This document shows positions 8,675 to 18,968 of a stretch of DNA of 64,000 nucleotides, one piece after another. The notes below the pieces were generated by a model that was not told the DNA's origin, did not search any database, and was given only the letters and a program-made list of their open reading frames with translations. Each line of letters starts with the position of its first letter. Position 1 is the stretch's first letter. Where the stretch lies: the NCBI GenBank assembly GCA_041640595.1, contig JBEPZY010000005.1:256001-320000 (forward strand). Direction: 5' to 3'. The position numbers were made by a program, and so were the translations under genes. This DNA comes from Gemmatales bacterium. GTDB taxonomy: Bacteria > Planctomycetota > Planctomycetia > Gemmatales > HRBIN36.

Positions 8675-11542
8675 TTAGGGCAGCTTTCGGTGGCACAAAG
8701 GCTGCAAGCAAATGACCGGCTCGCGTGCAAGGCATTCGCGCAGCGGCGTCAGGTCGGGCAATCCCAGCGCAGCAGCAATCGCCTGATCTATCTGCTTCCG
8801 CACAGGGTCGCTCGCCATCTGCGGCAACGGCTGCAACAGCTGGTGACAAAGGTTGTTGAAAGTCCTATCTAGTTGGTTTATTTTTTTACGCGAAAGCTTC
8901 CTTACGTCCAGAACCGGCAATTCGTTCAGCGATTCCTTTTTGAAATCTACCCACGCACCTTCCGTTTCTTGACGATTGCCAAGAAGCAAGAGCAGTCCCA
9001 AGGTGCTGTTAAGCCAGAGTATCAGTGACTTGGCGTACTGATTTCTTAGCGTTTCGTCCAACTCGTTCAATTTAAAAGGCCACCACACATTTGCAAGGAC
9101 GGGCCGCTCTATGTAGAGCGCTGCCAACCGCTGTGTGTTTAGCCGCATTCGTTCCGCTAGTAGGATATCGCCCGCGTGATTCCACAGGTTCTTTGCTTGT
9201 TCGGACAGTCCTGACTTCGGAGAGAGATGAGCGTTAGGCAGTTGTTGCAGCGTGGTAACCTTTTCAGCGTCGTGTCCCCAGAAGGCGGGATACTGCGTTG
9301 CCGTGCTAGCGCCGTGAAGCACATCGAACGCCGTATGCACGCCTCGTCTGTCGGGTCCCAACTCGCCCAGTTCGCGTAGGAGCGCGAGGGGGATCTTGAC
9401 CCCCGCGTACGCGTGCTCCGTCTGAAGTGTCAGCAGGGCATCCCTCAACTCTCTTTGGGCGAAGGCGCAGGGCAGCATCCAGTGGGGCAGGCTTTTGAAC
9501 TGCGGGTCGGGCAGGTAGAGCGCCTCGCCCCATTTGGAGTGGCCCAGCCACAGGTCGAAGGTCTGCATCTGATTGCCCGCAGGGGCGAGTTTGCGCACCT
9601 CTTCGGCGAGTAGCAGCGCGTCGAAGGGATTGTCGGGGTTGCGCCAGAGGTTGAGGCAGAGCGTGCCGCCGCCGTCGGACGCCTTGCGTGCGATGAGGAG
9701 CGACTCGCTCAGGTTGGTGTTCTCGCTGAAGTTCCAGCGTGTGGGGTCATGGCTGACGATGAGGTACTCGAGCGCGTAGTTGTTGGTCAGCAGGTCGCGC
9801 GACTTCTGCCACGCGGGTCCCGAAAGCAGTGTTTTTGGCAGCACGAAGGCGAGCCGTCCGCTCGGTTTCAGGTAGCGGTCGGCGAGGGCGATAAAAACGG
9901 CGCCCAGCCCCGCTGTGATGGACGCCTCCGCGCCGTTTCGCTCGCACCAGTCTTGGAATGCTTTTTGCATGCGGGTGCGTTCGGGTTCGGGCAGCGAGCC
10001 GAACAGCAGGTTGTCGCCGCAGGTGCGCGTGAAGGGCGGGTTCATGCAGACCAGATCGAGTGCGGGCAGGCGCAGCGGTTCGGGCTGGCGATGGGCGTCG
10101 GTGGCGCGTTCGGCGGTCTGCCTGAACTCAGGGTAGAGGGAGAGTTGGGGGGCGACAGGCGCGCCGCCCAGCAGGTCTAGGCTCCCAAAGCGCGGAATCT
10201 CGCCCCCGTTCTCGCGCACGAAGCCCAGCGGCATGGTGTAGAGGCGCATCCCGCGTACCATCACTTCGGGGATGGGCAACGCGAGCGTCGACGCCGTCAG
10301 ATGCACCGCCGACTGCAACACATCGAGACCATACACGCCCTCCTCCAGAAGATTCCTTAGCAGCTGCTTGCGCTGTTCAGGGCTTGGCGGAGTCCCCATG
10401 CGCAGGTAGTTGTCCACAATCGCCTGCAACGCCGCCATCAGCAGCGTGCCGGTGCCACATGCCAAATCTGCCAAGCGTAGTCGCCCTACTGCTTCGGGGT
10501 CGCTCCAATCCAGCTGCCAGCGATGCGGATCGAGCGCGAGGCGCAGCAGCAGTGTCGCCGACGCCACGGAAGTGTAGAAGGTGCCCAGGGGCTTGGCTAT
10601 ATCGCCCAGCAGGAGGTGGTAGATACGCCCTGCCAAATCGTGGCGCAGCATCACGCGCTGGCGTGTCAGCCCCTGGATGATAGGCACGCACTGGGTCAAC
10701 GCCTGATCGAGCGTGCGGTCAGGTGACAGGTTCCGTAGCAGGCGGCGCGCCAGATCGAAGACCGCATGATAGTTGATTTGCTTCAGGATGAGTTCCCATT
10801 GCTGCAGGAGTGTCTCGTGAAGGGAACCCGTTTCGCGGCACTCTTGGAGCGTGCGCACGCGTGCGTCGACACGGGTCAGCTCCTCGTGGAACAGCATAGC
10901 GTTCAACAGCACCAGCGCGGCGATTCGTCGGACGGCCGTCGTCTGCTTCACCTGATTGGGGTCGATGGCGCGGGCATCGATGCCGAGCGGTTCAGCCAGG
11001 CGGGCATCGGGGACTTTCAACACGTCGAGGCTTCGGTCAAGCGTCTTGATGGCCTGTTGCATCTGTTGGACGGCTCGGCGTACTTCATCTTCGGAGATGA
11101 GCGTTTGATAGGCCTGCTGGAGCGCGGCGGTGAGCGCGTTCAGGTCACCCGTGCGCCAACCAGGTTCATCAGGAATAGGGGGTGTGCAGAGGCTGAAGCG
11201 CAAGGAAGCCTGGCGCAGCGCGTCCGTGAGTTGGGCAGGCATCAGTGAGCGCAAGCGAGCCGGATACACCAGTGCGAGCGCGATATGCGCCAGCCCTTGC
11301 TGCACGCGCTCCACTGCTTTCTCCCACGCCCGTTTATCTGCCTGCGGTTGGTCGTCGACCTCGCCTTCAATCATCAGATACAGCCCGCGAAAGGGCAGCA
11401 GCAAGTCGGGCATCGCGCCCTGTGGAAGTCGTTGCTCGGGCAAAGCAATCAGCCCCTGCTGATTGAGTAGGCGCGCCAGCTCTGCGTTCAACACCTCCTG
11501 GCGTGTTCCCGCTTGTCCTTGCTTTGCCGTCTTCCTCAGCAT
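8675..11542 (-). CDS. Type IIG-like restriction-modification enzyme (N6-adenine methyltransferase with N-terminal nuclease-like domain and C-terminal target recognition region)
   Basis: GTFYT, motif I DLACGTG, motif IV NPPF, GRLAFVLP, late ILWLNS...LPVLD; N-terminal PD...IEGE; AAAGGGAG RBS. Confidence 0.8.
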   Translation of the reverse strand: MLRKTAKQGQAGTRQEVLNAELARLLNQQGLIALPEQRLPQGAMPDLLLPFRGLYLMIEGEVDDQPQADKRAWEKAVERVQQGLAHIALALVYPARLRSLMPAQLTDALRQASLRFSLCTPPIPDEPGWRTGDLNALTAALQQAYQTLISEDEVRRAVQQMQQAIKTLDRSLDVLKVPDARLAEPLGIDARAIDPNQVKQTTAVRRIAALVLLNAMLFHEELTRVDARVRTLQECRETGSLHETLLQQWELILKQINYHAVFDLARRLLRNLSPDRTLDQALTQCVPIIQGLTRQRVMLRHDLAGRIYHLLLGDIAKPLGTFYTSVASATLLLRLALDPHRWQLDWSDPEAVGRLRLADLACGTGTLLMAALQAIVDNYLRMGTPPSPEQRKQLLRNLLEEGVYGLDVLQSAVHLTASTLALPIPEVMVRGMRLYTMPLGFVRENGGEIPRFGSLDLLGGAPVAPQLSLYPEFRQTAERATDAHRQPEPLRLPALDLVCMNPPFTRTCGDNLLFGSLPEPERTRMQKAFQDWCERNGAEASITAGLGAVFIALADRYLKPSGRLAFVLPKTLLSGPAWQKSRDLLTNNYALEYLIVSHDPTRWNFSENTNLSESLLIARKASDGGGTLCLNLWRNPDNPFDALLLAEEVRKLAPAGNQMQTFDLWLGHSKWGEALYLPDPQFKSLPHWMLPCAFAQRELRDALLTLQTEHAYAGVKIPLALLRELGELGPDRRGVHTAFDVLHGASTATQYPAFWGHDAEKVTTLQQLPNAHLSPKSGLSEQAKNLWNHAGDILLAERMRLNTQRLAALYIERPVLANVWWPFKLNELDETLRNQYAKSLILWLNSTLGLLLLLGNRQETEGAWVDFKKESLNELPVLDVRKLSRKKINQLDRTFNNLCHQLLQPLPQMASDPVRKQIDQAIAAALGLPDLTPLRECLAREPVICLQPLCHRKLP

Positions 11543-11967
11543 GGCTCGCTCCCTTTGCCAAGTCCGAAATGCTCGCTAGGCATGCGTGACTTGTGAATGC
11601 GCGACCGTATTCCTCGCTCAGCCAGTAGTTTGCCACCGATTACCGAAGACGCGGTGACTTGGAGCTGAGTCTTCCATCGGCGGTGACTTGAGGACACGCC
11701 GGGAATCTTTCCCAAGTTCAGCCAACGGCCTAAGCCTATAGGCAAATATACTAGCTCTGTTGACGTATTCGGTAGCTTTATTCTTTATTGTAGGTTATAG
11801 CCACAGGGCTGTCGTGAGGAAATAGAATACAAGCCAAACGGCGGAAGCAATCGGACGAATGGGAAGCTTCATTCGGGCGAAGAATCGGCATTAGCGCCGG
11901 GGGGAGAAACGTTATAATTGGCGGCCTGGAAGTGTGGTCTCCCCTTTCCCGATAGCAGGTGTCAGCG

Positions 11968-12804
11968 ATGCGGCGAATTGCCATCATCAATCAGAAAGGC
12001 GGCGTGGGCAAGACGACGACTGCGGTGAACCTGTCGGCAGCCCTGGCGCTGAGCGGCCAGCGTGTGTGCGTGCTCGATCTCGATCCCCAGGCGCATGCGA
12101 CGGCTCATTTCGGCATCGCTGCCGATGGGCAGATACCCTCTATGTACGATGTTCTGGTCGAATCCCGGCCGTTGGCGGAAGTGCGGCGAGAGGTCGGCCC
12201 AGGATTATGGCTATGCCCTTCCGATATTGACTTGGCAGCTGCGGAAGTCGAATTGGCGGGTGTGGTGGGACGTGAGGTCATTCTCCGCGATGCCCTGGAG
12301 CAGGACAAGGAAACTTTCGATTACATCTTGATGGACTGTGCCCCGTCGCTGGGGGTGTTGACGCTCAACGCACTTGCAGCGGCTTCCGAGGTTTTCATCC
12401 CCTTGCAACCGCATTTTCTGGCCCTGCACGGTTTAGGGAAACTTCTGGAGACCTGCGGACTGGTGGCGCGGCGAGTCAACCCAGGACTGCGCGTAACTGG
12501 CATAGTGATCTGCATGTACGATGCCAGCACTCGTTTGGCCAATGAGGTTATCAGCGATCTCGAAGCGTACCTGGAAAAGTCGCGGTCACAACCGGTTCCC
12601 TGGTCAGGTGCCCGCATTTTCCAGACACGCATCCGTCGCAACATCAAATTGGCTGAATGTCCCGGGCATGGCCTGACCATCTTCCAGTATGAGCCGAAAA
12701 GCCACGGGGCCGAGGATTACAGTGCCTTGTGTCAGGAGGTGTTACGCCAGGCCCAGGAACTGCCGCTCGCCCAAACTTCCACCCCAACCTCCCACGCCGC
12801 CTGA
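11968..12804 (+). CDS. ParA/Soj family ATPase
   Basis: NQKGGVGKTTT deviant Walker A, DLDPQ, DCAPSLG. Confidence 0.92.
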   Translation: MRRIAIINQKGGVGKTTTAVNLSAALALSGQRVCVLDLDPQAHATAHFGIAADGQIPSMYDVLVESRPLAEVRREVGPGLWLCPSDIDLAAAEVELAGVVGREVILRDALEQDKETFDYILMDCAPSLGVLTLNALAAASEVFIPLQPHFLALHGLGKLLETCGLVARRVNPGLRVTGIVICMYDASTRLANEVISDLEAYLEKSRSQPVPWSGARIFQTRIRRNIKLAECPGHGLTIFQYEPKSHGAEDYSALCQEVLRQAQELPLAQTSTPTSHAA

Positions 12805-13019
12805 CGCCCGCTGCACATCGCTATGTGCAAAACGTCGGATTGGCGATAAGCGTTCCCGCGCGTGAGGTGTAATCGTTCGTATCTGAATGTACTGGGAGTT
12901 GCCGAAGGGCAAGTGGGTAAGCGTTGCTTTGCGGTGGTGGGGCGAATTGAGCGGCGTGGCAAGCGGCGAAGGTTTTATACAATTTCACCGGTCGTCTCAG
13001 GGCAGTCGTGGGGTGGAAT

Positions 13020-14321
13020 ATGAGCGCCGGTTTGGAATTGCACCACAACGAAGGTGAAATCACTGCAGAAATCCGAGCCTATTGCGAGACGCTCGCACGC
13101 CAGGCTAAGGAAGCCTCGCGGCAACTGGCTCAGGTTCGCGGACAGGCAAAGGATGCCGCCTTGCGCCTGGCAGCCGCCCACTTGCGAGCTCGCCAGGAAG
13201 AAATTCTCGAAGCGAACCGTCAGGATTTGCAGCGGGCCGAGGAGTTCGGTCTGACGTCGGCTCAGATAGACCGGTTACAGCTAACGCCCAAACGCCTGGA
13301 AGCCATGGCTGCGGGTCTGGAAGCAGTGGCAGCGCTTCCGGACCCGGTCGGCCAGATTATTGAAGGTTCGGTGCGTCCGAACGGTCTGGAGGTGCGGCGC
13401 GTGCGAGTGCCGCTGGGAGTGCTATTTTTCATTTACGAATCCCGCCCCAACGTGACCGCAGATGCTGCTGCATTGGCCGTCAAGAGTGGCAACGCGATCA
13501 TTTTGCGTGGCGGCAAAGAAGCGCTGGCGTCGAACCTGGCCATTTTTCGCGTGCTGCGGGATTGTTTTCACGGTGCTGGTTTGCCGGAACACGCGGTGCA
13601 ACTGGTGGACCGACCGGAACGATCGGTGGTGCAGCAGTTTTTGCGATTACCTCAGTACATAGACCTGGTGATTCCACGTGGTGGCGAGAGTTTGATTCGC
13701 ACGGTAGCCCAACACGCTCAGATGCCTGTGCTCAAACACTATAAAGGCAACTGTCATGTGTACGTGGATGCCGCAGCAGACCTGGAGATGGCGGAACGGA
13801 TTGTCATCAATGCCAAGTGTCAGCGTCCCGGTGTGTGCAATGCGGCCGAGAGTTTACTGGTGCACCAGGCGATTGCTGCCACCTTCCTGCCGCGTATTGG
13901 CCGTGCTCTGGAAGAGCGGGGCGTGGAGTTGCGCGGTTGCGAACAGACACGGCGTCATTTGCCGCACATCCGGCCGGCCACCGAAGAGGATTTCGCTGCC
14001 GAATATCTGGATTTGATAATGTCGGTGAAAGTGGTGCGCGATCTGGAAGAGGCTATCGCGCACATCAACCGTTACGGTTCGGGCCATACCGATGCCATCG
14101 TCACCCGCGACCTGGAAGCAGCGCGGCGTTTCGTGGCCGGAGTGGATTCCGCGGCCGTCATGGTCAACGCCAGCACACGTTTCCACGATGGTTACGAATT
14201 TGGCCTGGGGGCGGAAATCGGCATCAGCACCGACAAGTTTCACGCCCGAGGCCCGTGTGGGCTGGTGGAATTGACCAGCTATAAGTGGGTGGTGATGGGT
14301 ACGGGGCAGATACGCGAATGA
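13020..14321 (+). CDS. proA: Gamma-glutamyl phosphate reductase
   Basis: [48 protein letters not shown]. Confidence 0.96.
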   Translation: MSAGLELHHNEGEITAEIRAYCETLARQAKEASRQLAQVRGQAKDAALRLAAAHLRARQEEILEANRQDLQRAEEFGLTSAQIDRLQLTPKRLEAMAAGLEAVAALPDPVGQIIEGSVRPNGLEVRRVRVPLGVLFFIYESRPNVTADAAALAVKSGNAIILRGGKEALASNLAIFRVLRDCFHGAGLPEHAVQLVDRPERSVVQQFLRLPQYIDLVIPRGGESLIRTVAQHAQMPVLKHYKGNCHVYVDAAADLEMAERIVINAKCQRPGVCNAAESLLVHQAIAATFLPRIGRALEERGVELRGCEQTRRHLPHIRPATEEDFAAEYLDLIMSVKVVRDLEEAIAHINRYGSGHTDAIVTRDLEAARRFVAGVDSAAVMVNASTRFHDGYEFGLGAEIGISTDKFHARGPCGLVELTSYKWVVMGTGQIRE

Positions 14322-14412
14322 CGCTTCCGGCTCCAGCTCGTATCCTGAATTAGCAGCAGAGCGATTGCGGCGCAACCGGGAGAGCGCCAGTGGCACCACG
14401 AGGAGTCCGGAC

Positions 14413-15984
14413 ATGTGGGAGATAACAACGGTACTGGCAGCGGTGACGCTGGCGCTACTGGGCGTGGCTCTGGGTTGGCTGTTGCGGCGACAGAGTTCGC
14501 CCACCAGTTCCGTGTCGCCGGTTACATTGCAGCACCTGGCTCTTTATCAGGCCGGGCAACTGGACCTGGAAGCGGTGGAGCGAACCAAACGTCGCTTTGA
14601 ACGCTGGTTAGCGCATGGTCATGTGGAACGGGTGTTGCGGGAGATGCAGCCCGGCACGGGTTTCCTGGTATCGGTACGGGCGCTGATGGAAATCGGAACC
14701 GAAGATGCTTGCCGCATTCTCGAAAGCCAGCTTTCCCAGCGGCTGTGCGATGACCCGCTCGACCAGAGCTGGTACTGGCTCGATCTGGCCAACAGTCTCC
14801 GCCATTTGCAACGCGAACAGAGTCTGCCACTGTTGCTCGATTGTTTGCACCAGGCTGATGAGTTTCCCCTGGTGCAGTATCTGGCGGCGGAGATTGTAAG
14901 TTTCACGAGCTTTGATCAGTATCTGCGCGACCTGGACGAGGAGCGTGGCAGGGCGGCATTACGGTGGTTGTTGCGGGCCCTGGAAGGACTGCGTTTTGGT
15001 GTTCCCCCTCAGGTGCTGGTGGAAGCACGCCTGGGGGACACCTTAGCCTCGCTTTGTGAGCAGTTGCCGGACAAACCAGACCCGCTGATCCTGCGGCTGT
15101 TCCGTGAATGCCAGCGGCTGATACGCCGACGCGGTTTGCTGGAGCGCTGGCTGGAAAACGACTCGCCGGAATTGGAAATGGTTCGTTTGCAAGTAGGTGT
15201 GCTCGAAAGTCTGCAGCCGGTTATGCTCGAATATCTGGCCGAGCAGGGCCCGGCACTGGTGCGTCGGCTGGGCGAGTTCGTTGATCGGCATTTACGAGAT
15301 GCTCTCTGGGCGGTTTACGATTTGCGTCTGGAGGCAGGCGAGGAACTGATTTCTCTGTACCGGCATAGCCCAGCCCATCGAGACCTGATTATTCAGGCGA
15401 TGCGGTGGTCGCGGCACAGCCAGGTGCCGGTGTTATTGCTGGAGGAAGGGAACCTGCTGCTACAGCGCTTGAGCCGGGTTATGACCCGCTATCGTTTCAT
15501 GAAACCGCGTCAGCTGGAGTCAGACCGTTTACAAGCCGCGGCCATTTTGTTTGCCCTGCGTGGTCACGATTCTCCAGAGGTGGAATCTTTCCTGCTGACC
15601 GCAGCAGGTCATCCGGAACCGAAGCTGCGTGCGCTGGCGCTAAGCAGTCTGGGCTGGCAAAGCCTTTACCAGCCTGAAGCTGTGTTGTTGCGGTTACGCC
15701 AGGCCCGACTGGATCCCCATCCGGAGGTGCGTCAGGCAGCGCGTGCGAGTTTGGCCCGGCTGGGAGAACGGCAGGCATTAGACTGGTTCAGCCAGGCACT
15801 TCGTAGCCGCGACACCTCGCGCGTCCTGGAGGCGATTCAGACTATTGTCGTGGAGCATATCACCTTGCTCTGGCCGGAGCTCGATCGCCTGGCCGATGCT
15901 GACGACCTCGACATCGCCTGCCTGGTTCATGAAGGGCTGATGCAGATGCGCGAGGAACTCGATTATGCCAGGCCGGCACGATGA
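14413..15984 (+). CDS. HEAT-repeat membrane-anchored protein
   Basis: AGGAG RBS, N-terminal TM, helical Leu/Arg-rich body, DPHPEVRQAARASLARLG repeat. Confidence 0.7.
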   Translation: MWEITTVLAAVTLALLGVALGWLLRRQSSPTSSVSPVTLQHLALYQAGQLDLEAVERTKRRFERWLAHGHVERVLREMQPGTGFLVSVRALMEIGTEDACRILESQLSQRLCDDPLDQSWYWLDLANSLRHLQREQSLPLLLDCLHQADEFPLVQYLAAEIVSFTSFDQYLRDLDEERGRAALRWLLRALEGLRFGVPPQVLVEARLGDTLASLCEQLPDKPDPLILRLFRECQRLIRRRGLLERWLENDSPELEMVRLQVGVLESLQPVMLEYLAEQGPALVRRLGEFVDRHLRDALWAVYDLRLEAGEELISLYRHSPAHRDLIIQAMRWSRHSQVPVLLLEEGNLLLQRLSRVMTRYRFMKPRQLESDRLQAAAILFALRGHDSPEVESFLLTAAGHPEPKLRALALSSLGWQSLYQPEAVLLRLRQARLDPHPEVRQAARASLARLGERQALDWFSQALRSRDTSRVLEAIQTIVVEHITLLWPELDRLADADDLDIACLVHEGLMQMREELDYARPAR

Positions 15985-16209
15985 TGCCTCCCGGTGCTTT
16001 TAACCGTGTCCTGCCACTCCAAATGTGTTCCTGCTTGCCTGTAGCGCTGCATCTGCTGACAGGCACCATTGGCTCTGCTAGAAAAGATAACGTCGCCAGC
16101 CGCGAAAACCGCATGCCTGATCCCGGCTCCAGGCTTTTTGAGAAGCGAAAGCGGAAACCGCCTGGGAAACACCCGTTCCCGGCTTGGCTCAGCTAGGTGA
16201 CAGTAAGCC

Positions 16210-16569
16210 ATGACCCCAGGGGGCAATCCATCGAATCCGGCCAGTGAGACCGCTCGCCGAATCTACACCCACGCTCGCAGGGATATGCTGCTGACGGTAT
16301 GGGTCTGGGCGGTGGCGCTGGTTTGGACAGTCGGTTACTGCTGGCTGCGCGGTTATGCTCATGAACCGGACTCGCTGTGGGTGAAGCTCGGTCTGGCAAC
16401 GACCGACGCAGAAGTTCACCCTCTGCATCTCGGCATGCCCAACTGGGTTTTCTGGGGGGTAGTTTTGCCCTGGATGTTGTGTAGCTGTTTTACCATGGTG
16501 CTCTCTTTCCTCCTGCCCGATGATCCACTCGACCAGTGCAAAACTCCTGTTGACAGTGTCGGCAACTGA
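16210..16569 (+). CDS. YhdT/DUF997-like small membrane protein
   Basis: Two TMs, GMPNWVFWGVVLPW motif, directly upstream of an SSS symporter. Confidence 0.75.
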   Translation: MTPGGNPSNPASETARRIYTHARRDMLLTVWVWAVALVWTVGYCWLRGYAHEPDSLWVKLGLATTDAEVHPLHLGMPNWVFWGVVLPWMLCSCFTMVLSFLLPDDPLDQCKTPVDSVGN

Positions 16570-16602
16570 GGTACGTGAGCGAAACGGGCGCTGGGCATCC
16601 TC

Positions 16603-18570
16603 ATGCTCGAACTCGGAAGTAATAGCGGACAGGTGCTGGTGGCTTTTGCCCTTTACCTGGTCGGAGTGGCGGCGTTGGGGGTTTTTTCTCACCGCTACCT
16701 GCGACGCGGGGAGTTCCTGCAGGAGTATTTTCTCGGCAATCGCGGTTTGGGTCCGTGGGTGCTGGCGTTGTCGGTAGCGGCAACGGCAATCAGTGGCGGC
16801 ACGTTCATGGGATTTCCCGCACTCGTTTACTCGCACGGCTGGGTGCTCATGCTCTGGATCGCCAGTTACATGGTTGTGCCGTTGACCACGATGCTTCTGC
16901 TGGGCCGACGTATCAACCAGCTCGGACGCCTGACCGGTGCGGTGACTGTGCCGGACCTGCTGCGGGATCGCTTCAATTGTCCCGCTCTGGGAATAACAGC
17001 CGGCTTGATTATCCTGCTCTTTTTGCCGTTCAATCTGGTGGCACAATTTAAAGCTGGTGCGTTGGTCATGCGGGAGGCCATGCAACCCCGTCCAAGTAGC
17101 GGCGAATGGCTCGGCCAGAAGGTGGATGAGCGACAGCATTTGATCCTGAGTTTCCGGCTCAGCAACGGTCTGGAGCTAAAACAGAAGGTTGCTCCGCCAG
17201 TCGCAAACGGGCACTGGCTCCTGGACAAAACGCATGCCGACCCTCAGGCACGCCGGGTATTGGCTGTATGGCATGACGGCGTGCAGGAACACGTCTTTGC
17301 CATAGATTTTCCCGCACCGCGCTGGCGTCTGCCAGGGTTCAAAGAGGGAATGGACGCCGGCTACCTGATCGGTTTGATCATCTTTGCGGTGACGGTGGTC
17401 GGCTACACTGCCTATGGTGGATTCTGGGCAGTTACCTGGACGGACGTGCTCGAAGGATTGGTCATGTTGATAGGAGTTGTGGTCATGGCGATGCTGGCTT
17501 TGCGTGCCGTTCCACCCTTGGAAACTGCGACCGGTACCCTGACGGGATTGGCAGCCGCCACCGCACGCTTGCAAACGTTGGATTCCCAATTGACCCAGGC
17601 ACCCGGACCGGGGCAATTTCTCCCTGGAACTCTGGCCGTGTCGTTTTTCCTGATGTGGTCGCTGATGGGGCCTGCTCAGCCGAGCACGATGGTGCGGCTG
17701 ATGTCCTTTCGCGACACTGTAAGCTGGCGGCGAGCCCTGTTCCTGATGGCCATTTACTTCAGCATTGTGTACGTTTGTCTTCCGATCATCTTTGTTTGTG
17801 CTCGGGCCATTTTTCCGACAGAATACGTCAACCGCATCGGTAGCCGTGGTTCTGCGGATAGCATCATGCCGGCGATGATTCGCTATCTCACCGCCGATCG
17901 CCCCTGGCTGGGCGGATTGTTGCTGGCGGCACCGTATGCGGCCATCATGTCCACCGTGGCTGCTTACTTGCTGACCATCTCCTCCAGTCTGGTGCGCGAC
18001 CTGCTGCAGCGAAGCCTGGGTCGCGAAATCTCGCGTGGCGTCCTGCGCAGCATCAGCTATACGACGACGGCCTTGATAGGCGTGGTGGTGTTTATCGGGG
18101 CTCTCAATCCGCCGGAGTTCCTGCAATACATCATCGTTTTTACCGGTTCGGGACTGGGCTGCACTTTTCTGGTGCCCATGCTGATGACGCTGTACTGGCG
18201 GCGGGCAACGAAAGTCGGCGTGTTGCTCGCCATGCTTGGCGGTTTCGGCGGAGTGTTCTTCTGGTACCTGGCCGGCTGGCTCGAAGGGCACGCACAATCG
18301 GCTCTGAAACACTATGCCGAGACCCTGGCGCATGCTCAGCACGATGTCGGTGTCGTACCGCCGCCACCACTTTGGGCCGAATACATTCAGACCTATCTTT
18401 CGTGGCTGCCCGGCTGGGGTCGGCCTCGCGTGGATCGCTTCACGCCACTGTATCCGTTCGGATTCGACCCGCTCGTATGCGGACTGCTCTGTTCGATGGT
18501 GGGCGGGGTGCTGGGCAGCTTACTGACCCGACCCGATCCGGAGCTGGTTCGCCGGTATTTTCCGGATTAG
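16603..18570 (+). CDS. Sodium:solute symporter (PanF-like)
   Basis: EYFLGNRGLG, SGGTFMGFP, YTAYGGF.AV.WTD, AAIMSTV; yhdT-panF-type gene pair. Confidence 0.88.
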   Translation: MLELGSNSGQVLVAFALYLVGVAALGVFSHRYLRRGEFLQEYFLGNRGLGPWVLALSVAATAISGGTFMGFPALVYSHGWVLMLWIASYMVVPLTTMLLLGRRINQLGRLTGAVTVPDLLRDRFNCPALGITAGLIILLFLPFNLVAQFKAGALVMREAMQPRPSSGEWLGQKVDERQHLILSFRLSNGLELKQKVAPPVANGHWLLDKTHADPQARRVLAVWHDGVQEHVFAIDFPAPRWRLPGFKEGMDAGYLIGLIIFAVTVVGYTAYGGFWAVTWTDVLEGLVMLIGVVVMAMLALRAVPPLETATGTLTGLAAATARLQTLDSQLTQAPGPGQFLPGTLAVSFFLMWSLMGPAQPSTMVRLMSFRDTVSWRRALFLMAIYFSIVYVCLPIIFVCARAIFPTEYVNRIGSRGSADSIMPAMIRYLTADRPWLGGLLLAAPYAAIMSTVAAYLLTISSSLVRDLLQRSLGREISRGVLRSISYTTTALIGVVVFIGALNPPEFLQYIIVFTGSGLGCTFLVPMLMTLYWRRATKVGVLLAMLGGFGGVFFWYLAGWLEGHAQSALKHYAETLAHAQHDVGVVPPPPLWAEYIQTYLSWLPGWGRPRVDRFTPLYPFGFDPLVCGLLCSMVGGVLGSLLTRPDPELVRRYFPD

Positions 18571-18968
18571 TCATTAGCTCAGACGCCGGAAACTCAACGA
18601 GGGCGATTCGTTGCCAGTACGGTCGCAGTTGGTGATCGCGGCGGTTTCACGATTGCACAAATCGGGCGACCGCACAAATACTCCGGCAATGTGCTTCGTT
18701 GTGGGTGGTGTATCGCGATGCAGTGCCTTGCGGTCGGACGACCAGGCAGCGGTTTGCGCATAGCATAACAGTGGCGATGCTGGTGATTGTAGTCCTTGTC
18801 GCCAGCGAAACTTTCGTGCCAGCTTCGGCCAGAAACGGCGACCACGACCGGCACCAACACCACCAAACGACTGGGTGCTGATAACAACGCCATCAAAGGC
18901 TTGCGGAAAACGGGCCTGGTGCATCTGGGCCGAAACAAACGAATCAGGTCGGCACAACGAGAACAGCC

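Noticed and set aside
8691..8706. TGGCAC-N5-CTGC sigma54-like site antisense within the RM gene 3' end
   Set aside because: Inside a CDS with no downstream gene on that strand; probably chance
16164..16180. gggaaacacccgttccc resembles a conserved 5S rRNA segment
   Set aside because: Flanks lack the rest of 5S (no CCGAAC, no terminal helix); chance match
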